DNA from: Faecousia sp.
GTDB lineage: Bacteria; Bacillota; Clostridia; Oscillospirales; Oscillospiraceae
Length of the DNA stretch: 64,000 nt
Assembly (NCBI GenBank): GCA_045542575.1
Contig: JAZQLG010000039.1
Coordinates: 38,716-102,715, forward strand
Reading direction: 5' to 3'
Of this stretch, positions 41,888 through 50,631 are shown piece after piece. How positions within the stretch are numbered: position 1 is the first letter of the stretch; each line of letters starts with the position of its first letter. Under the pieces are notes generated by a model that saw only the letters and a list, made by a program, of their open reading frames with translations, had not been told where the DNA came from and ran no database searches. Both the position numbers and the translations under genes were made by a program.

Positions 41888-43111
41888 TTAACGCACACGG
41901 ATCTTACAACGATAAGTCTTTCCCTCATATTCAGTGCTGACAGTAATATAGTTATTCTTTAAGGACTTGAGACCCTTAACCGTATTACCGGACACACTGA
42001 CATACGCATTTTCGTTGCAGGTCCAGTCTAACACGATGCGTGTTCCCTTGCTGTTGCCAAGGAAAAGCTTGATCTCTTCACCGGCATCGATCGTCGTATC
42101 ATCGGTGTAATACAAAGGACCGTAAGAATCACAGATAACCAGAGTATCGGACCCATCCTCAGCGCCGTCCTCACCGGTGTTACCACCGTCTTCAGTAATT
42201 CCACCACTGGTACCGGCAGGTTCAATATCGCAAAGTACTTCACAAGTAGCTGTCTTACCCATATAGGTAGCGGTAATGATAGCCGGACCAGAGGCGTTTG
42301 CTGTTACAACGCCGTTGGAAACAGACGCAATATACTCATTGTCGCTGGTCCAGGTAATTTCAGTCACATCGATCGGGCCGTCATAGATCAGCTTCGTTTC
42401 GCCGACAGTTGTGAAGGTAACCGTATCGCAATTTAGAACAAGCTCCACAGGGAAAATGCCATCGCCAACAACGATCTCACAGCTTTCCGTCACGCCGCCA
42501 CAGGTAATAATAATATTGGTTGTACCGTTCTGAACTGCAGTCACCTTACCGTTTCCGTCAACCGTTGCAATTTCTTCGTTTTCAGAAACATAGGTAACAA
42601 TGTCCGTGGAGTTCGTAGGAAGCTTTCTGCAATCAATCAACGCACTGTCGCCGATCTGCGCAAGCGTGTATTGCTTTATCGTAACTGTAATGGACTCACA
42701 GGGAATATCTGGCGGCAATGTAGGCTCTGTGGGAGCAGGTGTTGTTGCAGGCGCGCCCTCGCCGGGAGCAAAGATATCCAAAATACCGGTCGCCCACAAG
42801 ATCGCACCAAGAGCAATGACACCAACGAGGATAATAACGATCAGAAGAATGACAGCCCCCTTCTTTCCGCCGTCAGACTTCTTAGGTTCTTTCTTCTTGG
42901 GCGCAGCATCTTCTGCAGAGCGCTTCTTAACGTTCGCTTTTGAAAAGCGGCCACCTTTTACATATGTGTAGACACCGCTGTTTTCCTTATTCTTTGTATC
43001 AGGCTCAGCAACAGGCTGGGGTTGTGCAGGGCGAACACATCCGCAAATGGGACACTGTGTTGCAGTATCGGCATAAGAAGTTCCGCAAATATCGCATATA
43101 ATTTTACTCAT
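41888..43111 (-). CDS. Membrane protein with N-terminal zinc ribbon, one TM and Ig-like (Big_2) repeats
   Basis: CDICG...CPICG, Lys-rich linker, TM, Pro/Thr linker, repeats SENEEIATVDGNGKVTAV and WTSDNEYIASVSNGVVTA. Confidence 0.8.
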   Translation of the reverse strand: MSKIICDICGTSYADTATQCPICGCVRPAQPQPVAEPDTKNKENSGVYTYVKGGRFSKANVKKRSAEDAAPKKKEPKKSDGGKKGAVILLIVIILVGVIALGAILWATGILDIFAPGEGAPATTPAPTEPTLPPDIPCESITVTIKQYTLAQIGDSALIDCRKLPTNSTDIVTYVSENEEIATVDGNGKVTAVQNGTTNIIITCGGVTESCEIVVGDGIFPVELVLNCDTVTFTTVGETKLIYDGPIDVTEITWTSDNEYIASVSNGVVTANASGPAIITATYMGKTATCEVLCDIEPAGTSGGITEDGGNTGEDGAEDGSDTLVICDSYGPLYYTDDTTIDAGEEIKLFLGNSKGTRIVLDWTCNENAYVSVSGNTVKGLKSLKNNYITVSTEYEGKTYRCKIRVR

Positions 43112-43159
43112 AAAGGGCCTCCGTTCCGGTGTTAAAAGAAACACCTTTTAATTTTTGAT

Positions 43160-43228
43160 ATTATAGCATTTCTTGCTGAATAAAACAACTACAAACCTGT
43201 TGCTTTTTTTGTAAATTTATTTTATCAT
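43160..43228. promoter_or_regulatory. Back-to-back sigma-A promoters
   Basis: Minus strand TTGTTT-17-TATAAT with extended TG (43188-43160); plus strand TTGCTT-17-TATCAT (43200-43228). Confidence 0.6.
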
Positions 43229-43256
43229 ATACATAACAAGACAAGGAGGCGATTTT

Positions 43257-46200
43257 ATGTCAGCACCCAGACTGATTTCTCCATTATTAGACAATTTTGT
43301 TATGGGCGAGCCCATTTATGATCGAGGCGGAATCCGTATTCTTCCTGCTATGGAGCAGGAAAAAGAGGAAAAATACATAGTTAAAATTATTTCCATTCCG
43401 GCAAATCAATCTCAGGTAGATGCTCTGCTTATTACAGGTGCCTACAACAATGCCGATGCTGTAAATAGCTACTTTGCAGAATTGGCCGATGGGATTATTC
43501 GGGAGGCGGGCATTTTAAAGCAGCTTTCTACCTCCGGTGGATTCGACGGATATGAAAATATGCAGATCGTGCCCATGGACGACGGAAACGGTTATGATGT
43601 ATATTTGCTTGCTCCCTATCGACCCACATGGGACCGACTTGTTCAGCAAAAGAATGTTACACAGCTGGAAGGCTACAACCTGGCTCTTGATCTGTGCGCC
43701 GCACTGTCTGTTGCCAGAAGAAACGGCCACCTGTACGCAAACCTGAGGCCTGAAAGTATAAGCATCGCACCTTCAGGGAGCTATCACATTTGTGATCTCG
43801 GTTTCATCAGCCTGGACTATCTGCAGTACAGCAGCCTTCCCACAAACTATTTTAGCCCTTATACTGCCCCTGAGGTTTCTGACGCCTACTCCTCTATTAA
43901 CAGCACATTGGATGTATACGCTCTCGGTATGCTTCTTTACAGCTTGTTTAACGGTGGTCTGCCTTTTGAGGGCAACCGTGCCGCCTCAGTTGAATATCCG
44001 TTACCTGCCTACGCGGAAGAAGAATTTGGGCAGATTATTCTGAAGGCGATCCATCCTGACCCGGAGTCTCGCTGGCAGGATCCGACCGAAATGGGTCAGG
44101 CAATTGTCAGCGTTATGCAACGAAAAGGCATCAGTGATGCGCCCATCATCCCTGTGGTTGAGCTACCGGAAGAACTGCCTGAGGAGGCAGCTCCCGGTGT
44201 GGATGATGCTGAAACAGCGCCCCTTTCCACGGAAGATATTGATTCTACAGAAGAAGCACAGGTCACAGATGAAACTGATCCCATGCTCCTTGTGTTGGAG
44301 GAAGCACCTTTAGAGGACGAAATTACAATAGACGAAGCTTCTGCCGAAGCTGTTGATGAAGGCGTGGAAACAGCTACCGAAGATTCATCGGATACCAATG
44401 CTGAGATTACGGAAGAGGCAAACGAACAACCCGCTGAGGTAAGTAATGAAGCGGGGGCGCCTGTCGTTGTTGATGAAGATGCAGTACCCATAGATGAACC
44501 GATGGGTATTGAGGAAAATCCCCCTGTTGAGGGATCTTTGGAAGCCGACTTGCCTGCCGGTGACGCCGAAGATCTTGACAATGTTCTTTTGGAAGCGGAC
44601 AAGCTGATCGCAGATCTGCAGATCGATGAAAACGATGTCCTCAGTGAGGAAGAATATGAGCAGCTTATGATTGAGGACACCTCAGAAGAAGCATCCGAGT
44701 CTGCTGATGCTGAAAACGCTCCTTCTGATTCTTTGGAAACACCGGAGGAAGCTGCACCCAAAAAGCCCCGCAAGCGCAAAGCCTTGCTTATTTGTACATG
44801 CGTTCTTGCCGTGTTGCTGATCATTGGCGGGCTTTTCTTCTATCGCCATGTCTACCTGCAGGAAATCGACATTTTATCTGTTAAAGGCACGGCTGATACC
44901 GTCAGCGTCTCTGTCGTTTCTGATGTTGACAGCAGTAAGCTGACCGTCATTTGCGCAGATAGCAGTGGAAACAGTTATGAAGCCAGTCTTGACGATTATA
45001 ACGCAACGATTACAGGGCTTACCCCAAATACAACCTACACCGTTACATTGAAGATAGATGGTTTTCATAAATTGTTCGGTCAGACAGAAGCGGCCTATAC
45101 TACAGCAGAAAAGACCGTTCTTTCAGATCTTACCGTTCTAAACGGAACAGAGGAAGGATCCGCTGAAGTATCCTTTGCGATAACCGGCCCCAGCGGTGGC
45201 AACTGGACAGTTAGCTTTAAAGCTTCCGGCGAAGAAGAAATAAGCGCCTCTGCTCTTGACGGAAAGGCTACTATCTCCGGTCTAACATCCGGTAAAACAT
45301 ACACAGTAACCGTCTCTAACAGCGGCTCTCTTTATCTGTTTGGAGAATTGGAAACTACATTCACCTCCGGTCCTGTTATCAAAGCAATCAATCCCAGCGT
45401 TATTTCTTGCACGAATGGAAAATTGGTTGTGCAGTGGGATGTAACAGACGACAATGCGAATGCCTCCTGGATCGTCCGTTGTTTTAACGATAGCGGCTTC
45501 GAACAGTTGATTACCGTCAATGAACCTACAGCCACAATCAATGTTCCCGATGATCGGAAAGCATACTCTATCGAAATTGTTGCTGAAGGACAATCCGCGA
45601 AGGAAATCCTTGATATAGGTGAGAATTCCATCACACTATTTGATTTCAACATGGATACCTCCCGCCCCGGCACGATTACGCTGACCTGGTCATCCAACAC
45701 AGACATCCCGGAGGAAGGCTATCTGATTTCCTGCGTAGTTGGTGATGTGAAAATGGAGAATGTGCTGAAAACAAACAGCAATTCGTTTACTATGACATTT
45801 GCAGTTCCGAATGTTGCCCATATTTTCACTATTACTGCTGCAAACGGTCAGAGCGTCCTGTGTGAACCGGTTTCAGTAACGGCAAGCGGCAAGCAAAGCT
45901 TCAGCGATTTTGGCGTTAAAAGCAGCAATCTTCGCTTCGATCTTTGCCCTCGTCCCTCTAAAACTAACTGGAAATACAGTGACGTGAATTCCTCCGCCTA
46001 TACAACGACCTTTACCGCAGGTCAAAGGGTCGGTGTTGTTGGCAGAATACTTTCAAGATATTATACCTCCTCCGATATGGTAACTACACTTTATGTCTTC
46101 AAAAATACTGAAGGTATTGTAGTACACACCTGCCACACCGATGAAAAATGGGGCAATATGTGGAGCGGTGGATATGGTAATTTTGATATTCCCAGCCTAC

Positions 46201-46280
46201 CGGAAAATCCCGGTACATATACTATGGATATGTACTTTAACGGCGGACTTGTGCACCACACCAACATTACAATTAAATAA
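43257..46280 (+). CDS. Receptor-type Ser/Thr kinase-like protein (probable pseudokinase) with acidic linker, TM and FN3-like repeats
   Basis: Kinase subdomains IVK, YANLRPES, DLG, YTAPE and DVYALG; long E/D-rich linker; KKPRKRK then TM; FN3 signatures ITGLTPNTTYTV and ISGLTSGKTYTV. Confidence 0.8.
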   Translation: MSAPRLISPLLDNFVMGEPIYDRGGIRILPAMEQEKEEKYIVKIISIPANQSQVDALLITGAYNNADAVNSYFAELADGIIREAGILKQLSTSGGFDGYENMQIVPMDDGNGYDVYLLAPYRPTWDRLVQQKNVTQLEGYNLALDLCAALSVARRNGHLYANLRPESISIAPSGSYHICDLGFISLDYLQYSSLPTNYFSPYTAPEVSDAYSSINSTLDVYALGMLLYSLFNGGLPFEGNRAASVEYPLPAYAEEEFGQIILKAIHPDPESRWQDPTEMGQAIVSVMQRKGISDAPIIPVVELPEELPEEAAPGVDDAETAPLSTEDIDSTEEAQVTDETDPMLLVLEEAPLEDEITIDEASAEAVDEGVETATEDSSDTNAEITEEANEQPAEVSNEAGAPVVVDEDAVPIDEPMGIEENPPVEGSLEADLPAGDAEDLDNVLLEADKLIADLQIDENDVLSEEEYEQLMIEDTSEEASESADAENAPSDSLETPEEAAPKKPRKRKALLICTCVLAVLLIIGGLFFYRHVYLQEIDILSVKGTADTVSVSVVSDVDSSKLTVICADSSGNSYEASLDDYNATITGLTPNTTYTVTLKIDGFHKLFGQTEAAYTTAEKTVLSDLTVLNGTEEGSAEVSFAITGPSGGNWTVSFKASGEEEISASALDGKATISGLTSGKTYTVTVSNSGSLYLFGELETTFTSGPVIKAINPSVISCTNGKLVVQWDVTDDNANASWIVRCFNDSGFEQLITVNEPTATINVPDDRKAYSIEIVAEGQSAKEILDIGENSITLFDFNMDTSRPGTITLTWSSNTDIPEEGYLISCVVGDVKMENVLKTNSNSFTMTFAVPNVAHIFTITAANGQSVLCEPVSVTASGKQSFSDFGVKSSNLRFDLCPRPSKTNWKYSDVNSSAYTTTFTAGQRVGVVGRILSRYYTSSDMVTTLYVFKNTEGIVVHTCHTDEKWGNMWSGGYGNFDIPSLPENPGTYTMDMYFNGGLVHHTNITIK

Positions 46281-46281
46281 G

Positions 46282-46312
46282 AAAAAAGGCAGGAAATTTC
46301 CTGCCTTTTTTT
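46282..46312 (+). terminator. Intrinsic terminator
   Basis: AAAAAAGGCAGGAAATTTCCTGCCTTTTTTT. Confidence 0.85.
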
Positions 46313-46334
46313 GACTTTTTTATGCAATTGACTC

Positions 46335-46363
46335 TTGAAAAACCTTTTCTGCAGTGTTATACT
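46335..46363 (+). promoter_or_regulatory. Sigma-A promoter of the aro operon
   Basis: TTGAAA-17 nt-TATACT with extended TG. Confidence 0.75.
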
Positions 46364-46391
46364 AGCATAAAGCTGTTACCGGAGGCCAAGT

Positions 46392-46460
46392 ATGACTGTT
46401 ATCACCGTAAATGCATACTCCTACTTTGGCTACTATTACTTTTTTACTCACGAAAAGTAA
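46392..46460 (+). CDS. Tyr/Phe-rich leader peptide (22 aa)
   Basis: GGAGG RBS, then MTVITVNAYSYFGYYYFFTHEK with TAA TAG stops; 8 of codons 9-18 are Tyr or Phe. Confidence 0.88.
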   Translation: MTVITVNAYSYFGYYYFFTHEK

Positions 46461-46542
46461 TAGCGATTTGTGTTGCCGGAAAACAGGCAAAGGCGTATAA
46501 ATAATTGCCGCACAGAATCGCTTTCTGTGCGGTATTTCTTTT
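46433..46542 (+). promoter_or_regulatory. Transcription attenuator (pause, antiterminator and terminator stems)
   Basis: 1:2 CTATTACTTTT/AAAAGTAATAG; 2:3 AGCGATTTGTG/CACAGAATCGCT; 3:4 GCCGCACAGAA/TTCTGTGCGGT followed by ATTTCTTTT. Confidence 0.85.
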
Positions 46543-46555
46543 GGGAGATGACAAT

Positions 46556-47557
46556 ATGATCGCAATACTGAAAAGAGGAACAACCAAGGAGCAAAAGGAG
46601 CATCTGATCTCTTGGCTTCGCAATATGAACCTGGATGTCCACATTTCTGACGGTGAACAAGTGACCGTGCTTGGCCTTGTTGGTGACACCAGTAGAGTCG
46701 ATATCGATTTATTGACAAGTCTTGAAATTGTGGATTCCGTACGAAGAGTATCCGAGCCCTTCAAGCAGGCAAACAGAAAGTTTCACCCAAATGATACCAT
46801 TGTTGAAGTAAATGGCATTAAGATCGGCGGTGGATACTATGTGACCATAGCCGGTCCCTGTTCTATTGAATCTGAAGAACAAATTATCGGCATTGCCAAG
46901 GATGTTAAGCAGGCCGGTGCCCACATTTTAAGAGGCGGTGCCTTTAAACCCCGCACCTCCCCCTACGCATTCCAGGGATTAAAGGATGCGGGCATCAGAA
47001 TGCTCTTAGAAGCAAAGCAGGAAACCGGAATGCCCATCATCACTGAAATTATGAACATTCGTGCTCTCGATTTGTTCGAGGATGTGGATATTATCCAGGT
47101 CGGAGCCAGAAATATGCAAAATTTCGACCTGTTACAGGAACTTGGCAGAACCAACAAGCCCATACTGCTGAAAAGAGGCCTGGCAAATACATTGCAAGAG
47201 CTGCTGATGAGTGCAGAATATATTATGAGTGAGGGTAATGAAAATATCATCTTGTGTGAACGGGGTATCAGAACCTACGAAACCTACACAAGAAACACCC
47301 TTGATCTCTCCGCCATTCCTGTTTTACACCAGCTTTCCCATTTGCCTGTTATTGTAGATCCCAGTCACGCAACAGGAAAAGCAGCCCTTGTTCCTTCAAT
47401 GGCTATGGCTGCAACCGCAGCAGGCGCCGATGGAATTATGGTTGAAGTGCATAATAACCCGGCCTGCGCTTTGTGTGACGGTGCACAATCTCTCACACCG
47501 GCGCAATTTACAGAACTCAGCCACAACCTCAAAAAGATCCGGGAGGTCATTCAATGA
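46556..47557 (+). CDS. aroF: DAHP synthase type I-beta with N-terminal regulatory domain
   Basis: IAGPCSIE, RGGAFKPRTSPY, GARNMQN, DPSH. Confidence 0.95.
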   Translation: MIAILKRGTTKEQKEHLISWLRNMNLDVHISDGEQVTVLGLVGDTSRVDIDLLTSLEIVDSVRRVSEPFKQANRKFHPNDTIVEVNGIKIGGGYYVTIAGPCSIESEEQIIGIAKDVKQAGAHILRGGAFKPRTSPYAFQGLKDAGIRMLLEAKQETGMPIITEIMNIRALDLFEDVDIIQVGARNMQNFDLLQELGRTNKPILLKRGLANTLQELLMSAEYIMSEGNENIILCERGIRTYETYTRNTLDLSAIPVLHQLSHLPVIVDPSHATGKAALVPSMAMAATAAGADGIMVEVHNNPACALCDGAQSLTPAQFTELSHNLKKIREVIQ

Positions 47558-48384
47558 CTGTTGGTATATTGGGTCTGGGCCTTATTGGCGGTTCTCTTGC
47601 AAGAGCTTACGCCAAGGCTGGCCACACTGTCCTCTGCCACGATTCCGATGAGAGTATACTGGATTTTGCCATGCTGTCCGGCGTTGTGCATGGGAGGCTT
47701 GTACCCGGCAATATCGGCAGCTGCGATTTGATCCTCCTTGCCATATTTGCCCAGGGAAGTGGCAACTGGCTTGAAAACAACGGACAATACATTAGCAAAA
47801 ATGCACTTGTAATTGACTGTTGCGGTATTAAGGCTGAAATCTGCAACCGTTGTTTTCCTCTTGCGGAAAAGTACGGCTTTACCTTTATCGGCGGACACCC
47901 AATGGCCGGCTCCCACAATAGTGGCTTTAAATACAGCCGTTCCAACCTGTTTCAGGGCGCCCCTATGGTTCTTGTACCGCCCAAATTTGACGACCCGGTT
48001 CTTTTGCAAAAGGCTGAAGAAGCCCTCTTACCCTGTGGTTTCAAGTCCTTTTCCATCACAACTGCAGAAGAGCACGATGAAATGATTGCATTTACATCGC
48101 AGATGCCCCACATTGTGAGCAACGCATTTATTAAATCCCCAACCGCAAAAATGCATAAAGGCTTTTCTGCAGGCAGTTATAAGGATCTGACCCGTGTTGC
48201 ATGGCTCAATCCCTATATGTGGGCGGAGCTGTTCCTTTCCAACAAAGATAATGTTTTGAAAGAACTGCGCTACTATATTGAAAGCCTTAAAGCATACGAA
48301 GAAGCTATCGCATGTGATGATGAAAACACTTTGATAGCCTTGCTTGATGAAGGCAGAAGGCGCAAGGAGGAGGGAGACGGATGA
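47554..48384 (+). CDS. tyrA: Prephenate dehydrogenase
   Basis: GLGLIGGS, GGHPMAG, HD..IA.TSQMPH, DLTRVA. Confidence 0.93.
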   Translation: MTVGILGLGLIGGSLARAYAKAGHTVLCHDSDESILDFAMLSGVVHGRLVPGNIGSCDLILLAIFAQGSGNWLENNGQYISKNALVIDCCGIKAEICNRCFPLAEKYGFTFIGGHPMAGSHNSGFKYSRSNLFQGAPMVLVPPKFDDPVLLQKAEEALLPCGFKSFSITTAEEHDEMIAFTSQMPHIVSNAFIKSPTAKMHKGFSAGSYKDLTRVAWLNPYMWAELFLSNKDNVLKELRYYIESLKAYEEAIACDDENTLIALLDEGRRRKEEGDG

Positions 48385-49460
48385 AGACCGTCACTGTCAG
48401 CACATCAAAGACCTATCAAATACATATTGGAGAAAACCTGATCTGCAATGTTGGCAAGTTTCTTCCCGGCGTAACCTGCGGAAAGAAGGTTATGATTCTC
48501 TCAGACAGCAATGTATGGCCTATATACGGAGAACCAGCCATCAACTCCTTGTTGGAGTGCGGATTCTCTGTCTGCAATTATATTATTCCTGCCGGCGAAA
48601 CAAGCAAGTCAGGAGAGAACTATCTGAAGATTCTGAATTTCCTGGCTGAAAATCATCTGACAAGGGCAGATAGTATGATTGCTCTTGGCGGCGGTGTTGT
48701 AGGCGATCTGGCCGGTTTTGTTGCGGCAACCTACTTGCGTGGCATTGACTATATTCAAATTCCCACTTCCCTTCTGGCAATGGTCGACTCCTCTGTTGGC
48801 GGAAAGACAGCCATCGATCTGGCTGCGGGTAAAAATCTGGCAGGTGCCTTCTATCAACCTAATCTTGTTTTATGCGATTTAGCTGCGTTGAAAACGCTTC
48901 CGCAGGAAGTCTTCCTCGATGGATGCGCAGAGGTCATAAAATACGGAATTCTTTTTGACAGTGACCTGTTCGCACACCTGGAAGGGTTCGGTGTTGAATT
49001 TGATCGGGAGTATGTGATCACAAAATGTGTGGAGCTAAAGCGTGACATTGTCAACCGTGATGAGCGGGACAAAGGAGAGCGTCAGCTTCTTAATCTTGGG
49101 CATACGATCGGCCATAGCATTGAAGCAAACAGCGCTTATTCCATCTCCCACGGCAAGGCGGTCGCAATCGGTACAAATCTGATTGCCGCCAGTGCTGTTA
49201 CCATTGGCTTCTGCGATGCTGCCACACACAGCAGAATTCAATGTATCTTACAAAAATTCCGTTTGCCCATACTGACAAATTACGATGCGCAGTGCCTTGC
49301 AGATGTTGCACTTAAGGATAAGAAAAGGGCAAATGACACGATCTGCCTAATTCTCCCAGAGGCGATCGGTTCGTGTGCACTCTACCCCTACCCTATTGAC
49401 AAACTCCAAACCTTTATAAAGGCTGGTCAAGAATATGCAAATCAGAGTATATCCCGGTAA
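48381..49460 (+). CDS. aroB: 3-dehydroquinate synthase
   Basis: GGGVVGD, DSSVGGKT, LNLGHTIGH. Confidence 0.97.
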   Translation: MKTVTVSTSKTYQIHIGENLICNVGKFLPGVTCGKKVMILSDSNVWPIYGEPAINSLLECGFSVCNYIIPAGETSKSGENYLKILNFLAENHLTRADSMIALGGGVVGDLAGFVAATYLRGIDYIQIPTSLLAMVDSSVGGKTAIDLAAGKNLAGAFYQPNLVLCDLAALKTLPQEVFLDGCAEVIKYGILFDSDLFAHLEGFGVEFDREYVITKCVELKRDIVNRDERDKGERQLLNLGHTIGHSIEANSAYSISHGKAVAIGTNLIAASAVTIGFCDAATHSRIQCILQKFRLPILTNYDAQCLADVALKDKKRANDTICLILPEAIGSCALYPYPIDKLQTFIKAGQEYANQSISR

Positions 49461-50631
49461 GCTTTCCGGGAATGTCCAAGCCATATCCAGCAAATCCCAG
49501 GCACACAGAATGTTGATCTGTGCAGCCCTCTCAGACAGGCCCTGTCGCATTCATTGTCCAAACACGAATGAAGACATTGATGCAACCGTCTCATGCCTGA
49601 ATGCTCTTGGCGCAAAAATCAGTCGTGACAATGTGGATTTCGTCGTCACCCCTATTACAACCGTTCCGTCAGAAACGGCGCTTGATTGCCGGGAAAGCGG
49701 CTCGACCTTGCGGTTCCTTTTACCTTTGGTTGGTGCATTGGGTATTCGCGCCACTTTTCTTCTTCGAGGAAGGCTGCACAAGCGCCCATTGAGTCCTCTT
49801 TGGGAAGAAATGGAGAGAATGGGATGCAAGCTGAGTCGCTCCAGTGAAACCACTGTTCTCTGCACAGGCAAGCTGATCCCCGGTGATTATTCCATTGATG
49901 GCAGTGTTTCCAGCCAATTTATTACAGGGCTACTATTTGCACTGTCCATTTTGCCCGGAAGATCAACCCTGCAAATTACCGGTACACTGCAATCAAAGCC
50001 CTATGTGGATATAACGAAGAGTGTTTTGAATGCATTTGGCGTTCATACAGATAACGAATGTATTACCGGCAAATTTCCTCTTGCAGGGCCTGAAGAGCTG
50101 ATTGTTGAGGGTGATTGGAGCAATGCTGCCTTCTACCTTGCGGCAAATGCGCTTGGAAGTAATATCGATGTCGGCAATCTGAATCAAGACAGCTGTCAAG
50201 GAGATCGTAAGATCACTACATTGATCCCCACATTGGAACAAATGCAAGAAATCGATGTTTCACAAATTCCCGATTTGATGCCGATATTAAGCGTATTGGC
50301 TGCTGCAAAAAACGGTGCTGTTTTTACAAATATCCAGCGGCTTCGGCTAAAGGAATCGGACCGTGTGCAATCCGTTCGGGATATGCTTTCAAATATGGGG
50401 ATCCATACAGAAGAAACAGAGGACAAGCTGACCGTTTGTCCCGGAAGGATAATGGCATGTACTGTAAATTCCTGTAACGATCATCGCATTGCCATGTCCG
50501 CCGCAATCGCAGCCACAGTTTCAACAGGCCCTGTTGAAATCACAAATCCCCATTGTGTTAATAAATCCTACCCAGCATTTTGGCAAGATTTTGCAAAATT
50601 AGGAGGACGCTATGAGTACCTGGAAGGGTGA
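49435..50631 (+). CDS. aroA: EPSP synthase
   Basis: SKSQAHR, ESGSTLR, SSQF, LRLKESDR, DHRIAM, KSYP. Confidence 0.96.
   Translation: MQIRVYPGKLSGNVQAISSKSQAHRMLICAALSDRPCRIHCPNTNEDIDATVSCLNALGAKISRDNVDFVVTPITTVPSETALDCRESGSTLRFLLPLVGALGIRATFLLRGRLHKRPLSPLWEEMERMGCKLSRSSETTVLCTGKLIPGDYSIDGSVSSQFITGLLFALSILPGRSTLQITGTLQSKPYVDITKSVLNAFGVHTDNECITGKFPLAGPEELIVEGDWSNAAFYLAANALGSNIDVGNLNQDSCQGDRKITTLIPTLEQMQEIDVSQIPDLMPILSVLAAAKNGAVFTNIQRLRLKESDRVQSVRDMLSNMGIHTEETEDKLTVCPGRIMACTVNSCNDHRIAMSAAIAATVSTGPVEITNPHCVNKSYPAFWQDFAKLGGRYEYLEG

Noticed and set aside
44096-44824. 242-aa Ser-rich minus-strand ORF
   Set aside because: It is the antisense reading of the Glu/Asp-rich linker of the pseudokinase.
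46364-46555. T-box or TRAP site upstream of the aro operon
   Set aside because: No TGGNACC T-box, no stem I motifs and no (G/U)AG repeats; the leader-peptide model explains the structure.
46322-46764. Short ORFs listed around the aro leader (60-118 aa, both strands) and the extended TTG start of aroF at 46505
   Set aside because: They lack RBSs and overlap the promoter and attenuator; the aroF start at ATG 46556 follows a GGGAG RBS.
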